Numbered from the stretch's first letter, positions 37,375 through 47,548 are shown. The stretch: DNA of 64,000 nucleotides from Candidatus Micrarchaeia archaeon (GCA_049966395.1 JBMFUT010000001.1:30816-94815), one strand, 5' to 3'. Notes: generated by a model from the sequence alone, not told the origin. A program made the numbers and translations.

Positions 37375-38685
37375 GTGCAAAAAATAGGTCTAGCCACTGC
37401 AACAGCAGTGGGGCTCGGTGCAATAGTAGGAGCAGGCATATTCGTGCTTAGCGGCACAGCAATAGCGCTGGCAGGTGCCTACTCGCTTCTTGCATTCGTC
37501 ATGGTCGGTTTAGTTGCGCTCTTCGTAGCTGTAGAAATGGGCGCTTTGGGTAACATAATGCCGCACGCCAAAGGGGCTTCATATTCTTTTGTATACAACG
37601 CTTTCGGGAGCGAGCTCGGCTTTGTCACTGGCGTCCTGCTGTATTTCAGCTTCGCGACAGCGATATCCGCAATAAGCATAGGCTTCGGCTCTTATCTTGC
37701 CAGCATGCTCGGTATTTCGGTGGCTGCATACGCGATACCCATTGCCATAATGCTAATACTTGCGCTCTCGCTGCTCAACATACTCGGCATAAAGAAAGCA
37801 GCAAAGGTGGATTTTTCCCTAGTGGTAATAAAAGTATCAATCCTGGTGCTGTTCATAGCATTTGGCCTTGCGTTCGCGCTTCTTCATCCTTCGCTCTTAG
37901 GGCCCCACATGGTTTCGAAAAGCTCGCAGTCCAGCGTGGCCGCAATATTCGCCGCGAGCGTGGCAATATTTTTTGCATATACTGGCTTTCAATCAATATC
38001 GACTTTTACAGATCGCGTGGAAGGCGGCTCCAGGAAGGCAGCAAAGGCAATACTATATTCGGTCCTGATAAGTCTTGCGCTTTACGTACTTGTAGATGTT
38101 TCTCTTCTTTTACTAGCCCCTGCAAGCACTTACAGCATATCTGCAGACCCTCTATCATTCGCCCTGAAAAGCGCAAGAGCGCCGCAGTGGCTCTTCATAC
38201 TTGTTGACTTTGGCGCCCTGATTGCTACGACATCAGCCGCAATCGCGATGATACTCAGTTCTTCGAGGCTATTCTACCAGATAGGAACTGACGGGCTTCT
38301 GCCAAAGTTCTCTAGAAAATACAATTCCAAGAGCGACGTCGCCGTAAACGGCGTGATAGTATCCGCCGCAATAGGGGTATTGATGCTGTTCTCCGGCAAC
38401 ATATACATAATTGCTGCAATAAGCAACTTCGGACTTCTTTTCTCCTACCTTCTTACAACTTTTGCGACGGCGCACTACAAGAGGCACTTCAATAGAAAGT
38501 TTTCTTTGCCATTTTACCCCTACCTGCCTGCAGTCACGGCGGTGGCACTGGTTGCATTGCTAATAGGCATGCCTAGGGAGGCTCTCGTCATAGGCGCCGC
38601 CATGATAATGTCCCTGTTCGCCATATACTACTTCCTGCGGGAGCTAAAAAACAAGAAGGTAGTGAAAGTGCGGCTTTTCAGCTGA
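37375..38685 (+). CDS. APC-superfamily amino acid/polyamine permease
   Basis: About 12 TM helices and the N-terminal signature GLATATAVGLGAIVGAGIFVLSG. The likely start is GTG 37375; the track ORF start at 37225 runs through the tRNA-Arg gene. Confidence 0.8.
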   Translation: MQKIGLATATAVGLGAIVGAGIFVLSGTAIALAGAYSLLAFVMVGLVALFVAVEMGALGNIMPHAKGASYSFVYNAFGSELGFVTGVLLYFSFATAISAISIGFGSYLASMLGISVAAYAIPIAIMLILALSLLNILGIKKAAKVDFSLVVIKVSILVLFIAFGLAFALLHPSLLGPHMVSKSSQSSVAAIFAASVAIFFAYTGFQSISTFTDRVEGGSRKAAKAILYSVLISLALYVLVDVSLLLLAPASTYSISADPLSFALKSARAPQWLFILVDFGALIATTSAAIAMILSSSRLFYQIGTDGLLPKFSRKYNSKSDVAVNGVIVSAAIGVLMLFSGNIYIIAAISNFGLLFSYLLTTFATAHYKRHFNRKFSLPFYPYLPAVTAVALVALLIGMPREALVIGAAMIMSLFAIYYFLRELKNKKVVKVRLFS

Positions 38686-38698
38686 GCGTCGGCTCCGG

Positions 38699-40369
38699 TT
38701 ACTGCTGCAGCGCGATCCACGAAGGCAGGACGCCAGTTGCATAGTTTGCCTCCACCGCATTGGTTGTGGTATTGACAATCGACACCGTGTCGAATCCCGA
38801 GTTCGCAACATATGCGTAGTGCCCTCCAGGGGAAATAGTCACGTAACTTGGAAGGAACCCCGTTTCGATTGTTTTAATGACATTGTGGCTCGTGGCGTTT
38901 ATCACAAGCAGGCTGCTGCTGCCAATGTCTGTCGCATAGATGCAGTTGTTTGCCCTGTCATAGGCTATACCAAAAGGTATTATCCCTGCGTTGAAGTAAG
39001 TCACCAGCCCTGAAGTCTCGTTTATCACGGCAATCGCACCCGAGCCAGGCAGAGTGGCGTAAACGAGGTTGCCGTTGTATGAAGAAGCCACCGCATATGG
39101 TAGGCTCTTCACGCTGACATTCCTGACGTAGTTTAAGGAAGAAGTGTTTATTGAAGAGATTACAGAAGAGAGTTGGTTCACCACAAACAGCCTAGAGCCG
39201 TCTCCGGAGAGGGAGACAAAGGCCGGGTAGGTTTTAGTGCCTATAGTATCTATAACATTGCCCGTCTGAATATTCACCACGCTTATTTGGTTGGATCCTG
39301 AGTCGCCAACGAATGCATAGTTACCTTCAACAGCTATGCTTGAAGGGAAAGAACCAACTACGATGGTGCCCGCGACGGTGTAATTTATCAGATTCAGTAT
39401 GGCAATCTTGTTGAGCACAGTCTCAGCAACATACGCATAAGTCTGGTTAGGTGCGACCGCTATGCTAGAAGGCGTTATGGTGTTTGCTATAGTTTCCATC
39501 GCTCCGCTGCTGGCGTTTACAACGGTGACGTTGTTAGAAAGGAAGTTAGCAATCAGTATCCTTGAAGACGAAGGTATGAAAACAACTGTTTCGTTTGCAT
39601 TTATACCCGCATAAGATGCAGACACCGTAGTGGAGCCGACGCTACCGCCGCTTGAAATGTAGCTTACGTAGCTCCCCGTTGAGTTTATGGAAGAGGCTAT
39701 GCTTATCGAAGGGTTGCTAGACACTAGCTGCGGGTTGGCGACCGGAAGTACAATGCCAAAGACATCCAGACCAACGCTTATTCCTGCACTTTGGTTTGCT
39801 TTTATTACAGAAGGAAGGCTCAGCACTATGCTTACTCTTGGCACTATGAGCCTGTTCACGTTTGTCGAGTAATCTCCCGAATAGCTTTCATGTTCAGCGT
39901 TACTGCAGTTAGCGCTTGAAATGCCGCAGTAGGACGCATTTGCCATAAGATTTCCTGAGTCGAAAGAGAGCACCGGGGCATAAGTGTTCATTTTTGCAAC
40001 GCACAGGAGCGTTTGCCCTGGCTTGACTATGCCAGGGCTGCACTTTGTAGACGTTGCAGAGCCGTCGCTGTTTATGTTGAGGGAAACGTTTTTTATAGGA
40101 TACGGAAGCATGTTTGAACCGAGAAGCGCCACCATCGTTCCTGTGGAGTTTGACGCCACTATTATCGCATGGCAGTCTATTCCGTAGTCAAATTCGCATT
40201 TGGCTGGCAAAATGTTTTTGCTGCTTATGGAAGCAAAATTGAAAATCACGAAGGCAATAACTACAAGTATTATGAAGACCGTGACGTAAACAAAGAGATA
40301 TTCCATGCTCGCCTGCAACCTGTAAGTTGCGCTTCCTGCGCCTCTCCCCACCCCCACCATAGATATCAT
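38699..40369 (-). CDS. Exported protein with a class III (type IV pilin-like) signal peptide and a C-terminal YVTN-type beta-propeller
   Basis: The N-terminus RLQASMEYLFVYVTVFIILVVIAFVIF fits the QXSXEXXXL class III signal motif. The C-terminal half has about 7 repeats of the YVTN pattern (AYVANSGFDTVSIVNTTTNAV, IYATDIGSSSLLVINATSHNV, AFVGDSGSNQISVVNIQTGNV and others). It also has many N-X-S/T sequons and several Cys. Confidence 0.7.
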   Translation of the reverse strand: MISMVGVGRGAGSATYRLQASMEYLFVYVTVFIILVVIAFVIFNFASISSKNILPAKCEFDYGIDCHAIIVASNSTGTMVALLGSNMLPYPIKNVSLNINSDGSATSTKCSPGIVKPGQTLLCVAKMNTYAPVLSFDSGNLMANASYCGISSANCSNAEHESYSGDYSTNVNRLIVPRVSIVLSLPSVIKANQSAGISVGLDVFGIVLPVANPQLVSSNPSISIASSINSTGSYVSYISSGGSVGSTTVSASYAGINANETVVFIPSSSRILIANFLSNNVTVVNASSGAMETIANTITPSSIAVAPNQTYAYVAETVLNKIAILNLINYTVAGTIVVGSFPSSIAVEGNYAFVGDSGSNQISVVNIQTGNVIDTIGTKTYPAFVSLSGDGSRLFVVNQLSSVISSINTSSLNYVRNVSVKSLPYAVASSYNGNLVYATLPGSGAIAVINETSGLVTYFNAGIIPFGIAYDRANNCIYATDIGSSSLLVINATSHNVIKTIETGFLPSYVTISPGGHYAYVANSGFDTVSIVNTTTNAVEANYATGVLPSWIALQQ

Positions 40370-40509
40370 GATTAACTATCTTTAATTAGATATTTAAACC
40401 ATAGCGAAAGGTTTATAATGGCCTGCCCGCTTTTTTGCCACGTGGAAATTTCATTCCGAGGACAAAGCATTTCAGCATTTCCTATAAGTAGCTTCAAGCA
40501 GCTGAAAAT

Positions 40510-41142
40510 TCAGCGCCTTTCCATGTATTTTGCCATGCTCTCCAAGCTGTCGAAAATGAAATCAGGCTTCGCGCCCTTCAGCGCGGCTATGCTGTTCATT
40601 CCCCCTCCAACGCCGCAGGAGCGAACTCCAGCAAACTTCGCTGTGAAAATGTCTGACGCCATGTCCCCAACGTATACGCTGCGTTCTTTTCCAACTCTTG
40701 CTTCCTTGAGTATTATTTCTATCCCGGTCGGGTTTGGCTTGTACGCCTTTATAGTGTCTGCTGAAAGCAGGTAGTCTATTCTCCTGCTTATTCCGTTCAT
40801 CCTTATCTCTCTTATTATCCTGTAGCGCTTCGCGTCCGTGAACACAGCAACTTTCTTTCCGCTTTCCTTTAGCGCGTCAAGGAGCTCTGTCGCGCCCCTC
40901 CTGAGCTTCGGTTTCGCAAAAAGCGAGTAGACCTCGTAAATTTTTGCATAAATATCATTCTTCTCCTCTTCCCTCTCCATAACCCTCATGTCGACTCTGC
41001 CTGCAGCTGCATTTTTATTGAACAGCTGGGAATGCGCGACAATGTAACTAGGGGAATATCTTATTTTGAAGAAACGGGAGAATCTCACTATGGCAGTGGA
41101 GGTGCTCAGCGTTCCATCCCAGTCGAATATAAAAAGCTTCAT
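40510..41142 (-). CDS. HAD-superfamily hydrolase (phosphoglycolate-phosphatase-like)
   Basis: Motif I FIFDWDGTL, a KPNP cap region, and motif IV VYVGDMASDI. The likely ATG is at 41142. Confidence 0.75.
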   Translation of the reverse strand: MKLFIFDWDGTLSTSTAIVRFSRFFKIRYSPSYIVAHSQLFNKNAAAGRVDMRVMEREEEKNDIYAKIYEVYSLFAKPKLRRGATELLDALKESGKKVAVFTDAKRYRIIREIRMNGISRRIDYLLSADTIKAYKPNPTGIEIILKEARVGKERSVYVGDMASDIFTAKFAGVRSCGVGGGMNSIAALKGAKPDFIFDSLESMAKYMERR

Positions 41143-41252
41143 CTCTTCAAGTTGCATAAGAATTAATAAATTTGCCAACAAATAAAAGGGTATGTGATGA
41201 GAAAGGTGATCACTGAGCGCTTGCTATGAAGAGTGATAGGTAGCCTGATTAG

Positions 41253-42119
41253 ATGGTAGAAAGAGCAAATGTGTTAAGGAAACTCGGGAAGAGCGGCATA
41301 ACAGCCAGCGACATTTCAAGCCAGCTTTGGTGCGAGAAGCAGATGGAGCTAAACTACATGTATGGCAAGAGGTACACCAAGGCGATGACCGAAGGTAGCA
41401 GGATACACAGCGAGCTTGAGGACGAGGTGCGCGTTGCGCTCTCTGCTGAGCCAATAACCTATTATGACTCGCTCTACAAGATAGGCTACGAGAGCTACTT
41501 CGCGCTCAAGGGTCTCGCCGAAAAGAAGATAGGAAGGGAAATAAGAATATATGGCTCGGTCAACGGTTACAGGATCACCGGTCAAATAGACGAGCTTAGG
41601 CTGAAGGGAGGCAATACAGTGGTTGTAGAAAACAAGACAAAGGAATCAGGCAAGCCTATAGACGAGGCGGTGCTAAGGCCGCACAGGGCCCAGGTAATGC
41701 TCTACAGGAAAATGCTTGACGACATAAAGAGCGGCGCTTACTCTTATGAAAATTTTGCCAGCACCTACAGGATAGGAAGCGGCGAGCTTTCAGAGCAGTT
41801 TGTAAAGCAGCTCAAGGTACTTGGCTTGGAGAGCGGCATGATAAGCCTAAGTAAAATATACTCTTCTGTCTTCGATGCAATAATGTCCCTTCCGAAGCTG
41901 AGCGACAAGCTCGAAATACACTACATAGACAGGTTCACAGGAAGCACTATAGCCGACGTATACGTTGAGTACAGCGCCGACCAGATAAACAGCATACTTG
42001 TCGACTCAATGGGCTACTGGAATGGCGAGAGGGAGGCAAGGCCAGTGCCGCGGGAGGAAAAATGGAAATGCAACTTCTGCAAGTTCTTCGGCAGGGAGTG
42101 CAAGGTTTATAGCAAGTGA
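41253..42119 (+). CDS. PD-(D/E)XK nuclease of the Cas4/Exo5 (DUF83-like) family with a predicted 4Fe-4S cluster
   Basis: N-terminal Cys (QLWCEKQ), GQIDEL, VVENKTK (ExK), QVMLY (QxxxY), and a C-terminal CNFCKFFGRECK Cys triad; 288 aa. No cas genes or repeats nearby. Confidence 0.7.
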   Translation: MVERANVLRKLGKSGITASDISSQLWCEKQMELNYMYGKRYTKAMTEGSRIHSELEDEVRVALSAEPITYYDSLYKIGYESYFALKGLAEKKIGREIRIYGSVNGYRITGQIDELRLKGGNTVVVENKTKESGKPIDEAVLRPHRAQVMLYRKMLDDIKSGAYSYENFASTYRIGSGELSEQFVKQLKVLGLESGMISLSKIYSSVFDAIMSLPKLSDKLEIHYIDRFTGSTIADVYVEYSADQINSILVDSMGYWNGEREARPVPREEKWKCNFCKFFGRECKVYSK

Positions 42120-42123
42120 TGCT

Positions 42124-44784
42124 ATGGAAAAAGCACCAAAATTGGACAAGGAGAAACTGAGAGTCAAGTTCTCTGAGGATTACAATAGATACTACGGCAC
42201 CGAGCTTTTCGAAAGGGAGGGCTTCAAGAGGAGGAAGTGCAAGATATGTGGCAAATACTTCTGGAGCATAGAGGACAGGGAAGTGTGCGACGATCCAATT
42301 CACACGCCATATTCTTTCTTCAAGGAGAAGCCGGTGGAAATAAGCTACGTTGAACTATGGTCTAAATTCTCAGACTTCTTCAAGAAAAATGGCCACGAGG
42401 AAATTCCAAGATATCCGGTAGTAAGCAGATGGCGCCCAGATTTGTATTTCACAATTGCCGATATACAGGACTTCCAGAGAATAGAGAATGGGAGAATGAG
42501 CTTCGAGTATCCCGCTAACCCTCTAATAGTGCCTCAGATGTGCCTAAGATTCAACGACATAGAAAACGTCGGCGTCACTGGAGGGCACTTCACAGGCTTC
42601 ATGATGGCAGGCCAGAAGGCGTTCAACTATCCCAAGGAAGGATATTGGAGAGACCAGACGATAGATCTCAACTACAAATTCCTTACTGAAGTGCTTAACA
42701 TAAAGAAGGAGAAAATAGTCTACAGCGAGGACGTTTGGGCGATGGGGGACTTTTCAGAGTTCGGCCCGTGCCTTGAAAGCTACTCTAGTGGCACAGAGCT
42801 TGTCGACAGCGTGTTCACAGAGTTCGAGTCGTCAAACGGCGTGGTGAGGGAACTTGATGGCAAGGTAGTAGACGTCGGATGGGGTTTCGAAAGGCTGCTG
42901 TGGTTTTACACCGGCTACGACAATGCATACGAGGCTACATTCCACGCGACGCTCAATAAGCTCAGGAAGCAGCTAGGCATTGATTTTGACGATAAGCTTT
43001 ACAGGAAGTTTGCAACTTACGCGGGCTCGCTTAACATTACAGAAATAAAAGACGTGAGGGAAAAGGAGGCCGAGATACTAAAGCGCAGCGGCGTGTCGGA
43101 AGAAGAGTACTCAAAGCTGATAAAGCCAATGCAGGCCGTTTATGCAATACTGGACCACACAAGGACTTTGCTCTTTGCAGTATCAGACGGCGCGCTTCCT
43201 TCAAACTGGGGAGGCGGTTACAACCTTAGAGTCATATTGAGGAGAGCATTCTCTTTCATAGAGAACTACAACCTTGATTTGGATCTTTCGGAAGTCGCAA
43301 GGAGTATAGCTTCAGAGCTGCATCCGCTTTATCCGGAGCTATCCGACAACATAGAGATATTCAAGAAGGTTGTCGATATAGAAAAGGAGAGATATTCAAA
43401 GAGCAAGGAAAACGCCAGGAAGATAGTAGAGTCTATAATAGCAAAGGGTGCTAAGATAACAGGCAAGGAGCTGAAGACCCTTTACGAGAGCAACGGTGTC
43501 ACGCCGGAGTTCATATCCTCAATAGCTTCTAGCCGCAATGTCAAAATAGAGATGCCTGAAAGCAGCTACGAGGATATAATAGAAGGGGATTTCGCAAAGC
43601 AGGAGAAGGAACCAGCAATAGAGATAAACCTGCCAGAGCTTCCAAAAACGAAACAGCTTTACTACGATTTTAAGGAGGACAGCAAGTCCAAAGTTCTTTT
43701 TGCAGAAGGCAAGCATATAGTGCTTGACGCAACGCCTTTCTATCCAGAAGGCGGCGGGCAGCTGGCGGACACTGGAACAATAGAAGGCATGAGAGTAAAG
43801 GACGTTCAGAAGGCAGGCGACGTGATAGTCCACATAATGGAAGATGACATTTCAGGAAAGATCAAGAAAGGCGCAGAAGTGGAAGCCAAGGTGGACATAA
43901 ATAGAAGGAACCAGCTCATAGCTCACCACACCGCGACGCACCTGATAACTTCTGCTGCAAGGGCCGTTTTGGGCAAGCACGCATGGCAGGAAGGCGCAAG
44001 CAAGGGAGTCGAAAAAGCGCATGTTGACATATCACATTACGACAAGCTCTCCGACGAGGAGGTACGCAAAATAGAATCGATAGTGAACAGGGAGCTTAGG
44101 GAAGGGATAAAGGTTAGCCTGGAGGAGCTCGACAGGGGTACTGCCGAAAGCAAGTACGGCTTCACAATATACCAGGGGCACGGCGTGCCTGCAAAGCAGA
44201 TGAGAATAATAGTAATACGCTCCATGCAAGGCAAGCTCATAGACGCGGAGGCGTGCGGCGGCCTGCATGCCATAGGCAGGGAAAACCTCATAGGCATGGT
44301 GAAGATAATAAACACGTACCGCATACACGATGGCGTCGACAGGATAGAGTTCGTGGCAGGCGAAGCCGCGCTAAAGCGCTTCCAGGCAGAGCATAGCGAG
44401 CTTGTGGCTGCCTCGCAACTTCTGAACTCCGAAGTCACAAAGGTGGCAGAAGCCATAGAGAAGCTCAAAGAAGCAAACAGGAATTTCTACAAGGATTCGG
44501 AGCTCTACGCAGACGCGATATCCGAAATCATATCTTCATACGGGGCCGGCAAAGAGGTGATAGAGCACTCGCTTGAAGTGAAGAAGGAAGCCCTGCGCAA
44601 GATAGCTTCCAAGGTGGCAGAGAAGAACAGCTCTAGCATAGTGCTTCTCACCAACAGCAAAAAAGAAGTAGTATGCATGGCAGGGAGCAATTCAAAGAAG
44701 AGTGCTATCGATTTCGTCAAGTCTCGCTTCGGGAGCAACTTCAAGGGCGGCGGCTCTTCAAAGGCAGCCGAGGGCGTGGCATAG
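42124..44784 (+). CDS. alaS: Alanyl-tRNA synthetase
   Basis: Archaeal-type AlaRS of about 886 aa from ATG 42124 (MEKAPKLDKEKL). Editing-domain HxxxH (AHHTATHL) and CGGLH motifs, plus a C-terminal DHHA1-like domain. Confidence 0.95.
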   Translation: MEKAPKLDKEKLRVKFSEDYNRYYGTELFEREGFKRRKCKICGKYFWSIEDREVCDDPIHTPYSFFKEKPVEISYVELWSKFSDFFKKNGHEEIPRYPVVSRWRPDLYFTIADIQDFQRIENGRMSFEYPANPLIVPQMCLRFNDIENVGVTGGHFTGFMMAGQKAFNYPKEGYWRDQTIDLNYKFLTEVLNIKKEKIVYSEDVWAMGDFSEFGPCLESYSSGTELVDSVFTEFESSNGVVRELDGKVVDVGWGFERLLWFYTGYDNAYEATFHATLNKLRKQLGIDFDDKLYRKFATYAGSLNITEIKDVREKEAEILKRSGVSEEEYSKLIKPMQAVYAILDHTRTLLFAVSDGALPSNWGGGYNLRVILRRAFSFIENYNLDLDLSEVARSIASELHPLYPELSDNIEIFKKVVDIEKERYSKSKENARKIVESIIAKGAKITGKELKTLYESNGVTPEFISSIASSRNVKIEMPESSYEDIIEGDFAKQEKEPAIEINLPELPKTKQLYYDFKEDSKSKVLFAEGKHIVLDATPFYPEGGGQLADTGTIEGMRVKDVQKAGDVIVHIMEDDISGKIKKGAEVEAKVDINRRNQLIAHHTATHLITSAARAVLGKHAWQEGASKGVEKAHVDISHYDKLSDEEVRKIESIVNRELREGIKVSLEELDRGTAESKYGFTIYQGHGVPAKQMRIIVIRSMQGKLIDAEACGGLHAIGRENLIGMVKIINTYRIHDGVDRIEFVAGEAALKRFQAEHSELVAASQLLNSEVTKVAEAIEKLKEANRNFYKDSELYADAISEIISSYGAGKEVIEHSLEVKKEALRKIASKVAEKNSSSIVLLTNSKKEVVCMAGSNSKKSAIDFVKSRFGSNFKGGGSSKAAEGVA

Positions 44785-45288
44785 GTGGATGCTTTGGACC
44801 TCTATGCTCTGTTAATATACCCTATAATATACATACTTCCTGCATATGTTGCCAACGGCGCCCCCGTAATTTTTGGCGGAGGTAGGCCTATTGACTTTAA
44901 CAAAAAACTTTTCGGAAAGCGCATATTCGGGAGCCACAAAACCATAAGGGGTCTTGTTGCCGGAATTGCCTCAGGGATAATAGTTGCCGCGGCCGAATCT
45001 GTATTCTTGCCATACATGCTGGAAATAGGGCTCCTCCTTGCAATCGGCACACATGTAGGAGATCTGCTTAACAGCTTCATAAAAAGGCAGGCGGGAATGA
45101 AGCCGGGCGTAGGCGTGCCACTTCTTGATCAGTACATGTTCTTCGTAGTCGCTGTCCTTTTTGCCTTGCCAATGGGTCATCTGCCTGGCGTTATCGGGAT
45201 GCTATTCCTAATTGTGCTCACCGGCCTGCTTCACAAGCTTACAAATGTCGGAGCGAATAGGATCGGGCTTAAAAAGGTGTCATGGTAA
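44785..45288 (+). CDS. carS: CDP-archaeol synthase (CarS, DUF46 family)
   Basis: PAYVANGAPVIFGGGRPIDF, KTIRGLVAG, GDLLNSFIKRQ, LLDQYMF. GTG start immediately after the alaS stop. Confidence 0.85.
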   Translation: MDALDLYALLIYPIIYILPAYVANGAPVIFGGGRPIDFNKKLFGKRIFGSHKTIRGLVAGIASGIIVAAAESVFLPYMLEIGLLLAIGTHVGDLLNSFIKRQAGMKPGVGVPLLDQYMFFVVAVLFALPMGHLPGVIGMLFLIVLTGLLHKLTNVGANRIGLKKVSW

Positions 45289-45295
45289 AATTCGC

Positions 45296-46750
45296 TTAAT
45301 AGAAGAACCACGGCAGCACGTTGACAACAAGCGCGATTATAACAATTGCACCCAAGATGTTGAGCGCCTTGCTATTGATCTCTAGCTTGTATATCTGCCA
45401 TCCATCAAAGCCCGGAATTGGCAGCAGGTTCACTATCGCAACAAGGAAGTTGAGCAGGAAAGAGAGCGCGAAAAGCACGTAGAAAAAGTTGCCCACGCTT
45501 CCAGCGATGCCCTTGTCTACGATTTCCTTCTCGGCTATGTAAACCCCTATTTTTCCAGTTGAATTGGTCCTGAAAGAATAGCTTCCATTGTTAGTCACTA
45601 CGCTTACAGTAGAGAATGGGGTGTCGTTCCTTGCAGCATATACGAAACTCGAGAGATTCCTTATCGGATATCCGTTCCACTCTTCCACAATCGATCCAGG
45701 GGCAATGACATTGTACGCCGGGTAATTAGGTATTGTCGAATATACTTCAACAACAGTTTTCTCTATGCCTGGCATTATTGCATATGCCATTACAAGCATG
45801 AGCGCAAAGAATATTACCGAAAGCACCATGTTGGAAGTTACTCCAGCCACAAATATCCTCTCCTGCTTTGTCTTGTCAAGCTTTTTTATTTCTTTTTCTT
45901 CAGGCTCCACGTATGCCCCCGCCGGCACTACCCCAAGAAGCACGAGCCCTATGGACTTCAGCTTTACCTTTGCTATCCTTGCGAGCACACCATGGGAAAA
46001 TTCATGCACTATGAGAAGTATAACAAGCGATATTATTCCGGCCAGCAAAGGCATGTCTATGCCAGGAATGACAGGCGCTACCCCAGCAATCTGGCTGCTT
46101 ATGGCGCCGGTGTTGGGATGCGCGGTGAACAGGCTTGCCAGATAAACAGAGAGCCCAACCATTATCTTGACGGCATTGTAAAGTATTGCAGAAAATGTGA
46201 GGACAGAAAACCCTCCCGCAACGGTAAGAGCCCCAAGGGTGTACCCCTCTATGCTGGGCGCCGCGCTTGCCGAAGAAGATTCGCTGGCAAGCATGCTACT
46301 GATCTTTGGTATGTTTATGAAGTTCATTGCTAGCTGCAGCTGGGTAAAAACGAAAACGAAGAGAAGCACGAGCGCCACCATGCCGAATGCAATCTTCTTT
46401 TTGCTCATCCTATGCCTGAACACCACGAAAGAAAGCAGCCCTAGGCTGAGCACAAGCCCAATGTCGGCAACGTTTGTCCAGAGGCGCTGGTGCTTTTTTG
46501 AAATGCTGTCTATGAAAGATATTCCGTGCCTGCTGCCTATCATGTACATTCCGTACCCGCCGTTGAGCCCGTTGAGCACAGTTATCATTTCCCCGCTCAC
46601 TATCAGCGCGGCTATGGCTATAAACCACGCCAGAATTGAATTTATTCCTGAAACATAGTCAAATGCAAGCAGTGCTACCGTCGCCGTCGCAGTTGCAGCG
46701 GTAAACAGCTTTCTGTGCTTTGACAAATGCTTTCGCTTCTCTTTTGCCAT
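45296..46750 (-). CDS. Site-2 protease family (M50) intramembrane metalloprotease with a PDZ-like insert
   Basis: HEFSHG (HExxH) within a TM helix and the downstream NLLPIPGFDG motif. Multi-pass membrane protein of 484 aa. Confidence 0.8.
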   Translation of the reverse strand: MAKEKRKHLSKHRKLFTAATATATVALLAFDYVSGINSILAWFIAIAALIVSGEMITVLNGLNGGYGMYMIGSRHGISFIDSISKKHQRLWTNVADIGLVLSLGLLSFVVFRHRMSKKKIAFGMVALVLLFVFVFTQLQLAMNFINIPKISSMLASESSSASAAPSIEGYTLGALTVAGGFSVLTFSAILYNAVKIMVGLSVYLASLFTAHPNTGAISSQIAGVAPVIPGIDMPLLAGIISLVILLIVHEFSHGVLARIAKVKLKSIGLVLLGVVPAGAYVEPEEKEIKKLDKTKQERIFVAGVTSNMVLSVIFFALMLVMAYAIMPGIEKTVVEVYSTIPNYPAYNVIAPGSIVEEWNGYPIRNLSSFVYAARNDTPFSTVSVVTNNGSYSFRTNSTGKIGVYIAEKEIVDKGIAGSVGNFFYVLFALSFLLNFLVAIVNLLPIPGFDGWQIYKLEINSKALNILGAIVIIALVVNVLPWFFY

Positions 46751-46807
46751 AATACCTACGTGGATTCCAAAATCTGGTCTTGCGCGGAATTATTGCGTAA
46801 ATTACTT

Positions 46808-47548
46808 TTATAAAATTGCATGCTTCAATTCGGTTAAGCCGGATGAAGAAAAATCCCTTATCAGGTCCCTTCCCTCTATGAATGCAAAACCTTTTTTCCT
46901 TGCATAGGCAGCCGCCGCTTTTTTAGCAAGCGACAGGCCGTCATCTCCAAGCATCTCGACTATGGTTGTAGAAGGTATTATCCCAGCACGGTATGCAAGG
47001 TACACAGAAAGTTCAGTGTGCCCCTTGCGCTCACCCAGAAGCCCTTTTGAGGCGATCAGAGTAAAAACATGCCCCGGGGCCCTAAATTTTCTTCCAAATT
47101 CCTTTCTCACAGACTTAATCATGCGCTCGCCACTGGCATCGACAGCCTTCTCTACTATTTTGGCGAATTCCAATATTGTCAGAGCCCTGTCGACGTCCGG
47201 TATGCCCGTAAACGTTTTCCTGTGGTTGATTGTTATCGAGAAAGAGGACTTTTCTCCGTAAGGTATGTCGTTAGGGTAAAGCAGTTTTGCGAACTCCATG
47301 CCGCTTTTCTCATAAATGTTTGTCAGGTAATCCAAGCCGAGCACTTTCGCCGCTGCGCTTGGCATGGTCACGCATATGAGCCCTCCCCCGTCACTGCGCA
47401 TCATCCTTATTGCAGAAGGAGTTATGAACTGCGAGCCAAACACTATGTCGGTTTCGCCCTCCCTTTTCGCAGAATCAAAAACGAGGACAGGCCTCCCCTT
47501 CCTAAGCTCCGCAATCGCCTTTTCTAGCTGCATAATTTTATTTTTCAT
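46808..47548 (-). CDS. ribB: 3,4-dihydroxy-2-butanone 4-phosphate synthase
   Basis: LRKGRPVLVFDSAKREGETDIVF, GGLICV, GHVFTL...GHTELS; 246 aa. Confidence 0.9.
   Translation of the reverse strand: MKNKIMQLEKAIAELRKGRPVLVFDSAKREGETDIVFGSQFITPSAIRMMRSDGGGLICVTMPSAAAKVLGLDYLTNIYEKSGMEFAKLLYPNDIPYGEKSSFSITINHRKTFTGIPDVDRALTILEFAKIVEKAVDASGERMIKSVRKEFGRKFRAPGHVFTLIASKGLLGERKGHTELSVYLAYRAGIIPSTTIVEMLGDDGLSLAKKAAAAYARKKGFAFIEGRDLIRDFSSSGLTELKHAIL

Noticed and set aside
41253-42119. Cas4-like nuclease as evidence for a CRISPR-Cas system
   Set aside because: No repeat-spacer array and no other cas gene is visible anywhere in the 64 kb. Stand-alone Cas4/Exo5-type nucleases are common.
41998-42123. Upstream extensions of ORF-track models. 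These are alaS from 41998, and similarly radA from 25753, mbf1 from 47726, priS to 59400, the HAD gene to 41181 and LemA from 60003.
   Set aside because: The extensions overlap neighbouring genes or promoters and translate to non-conserved, often Arg/Cys-rich sequence. In each case an internal ATG matches the conserved protein N-terminus.
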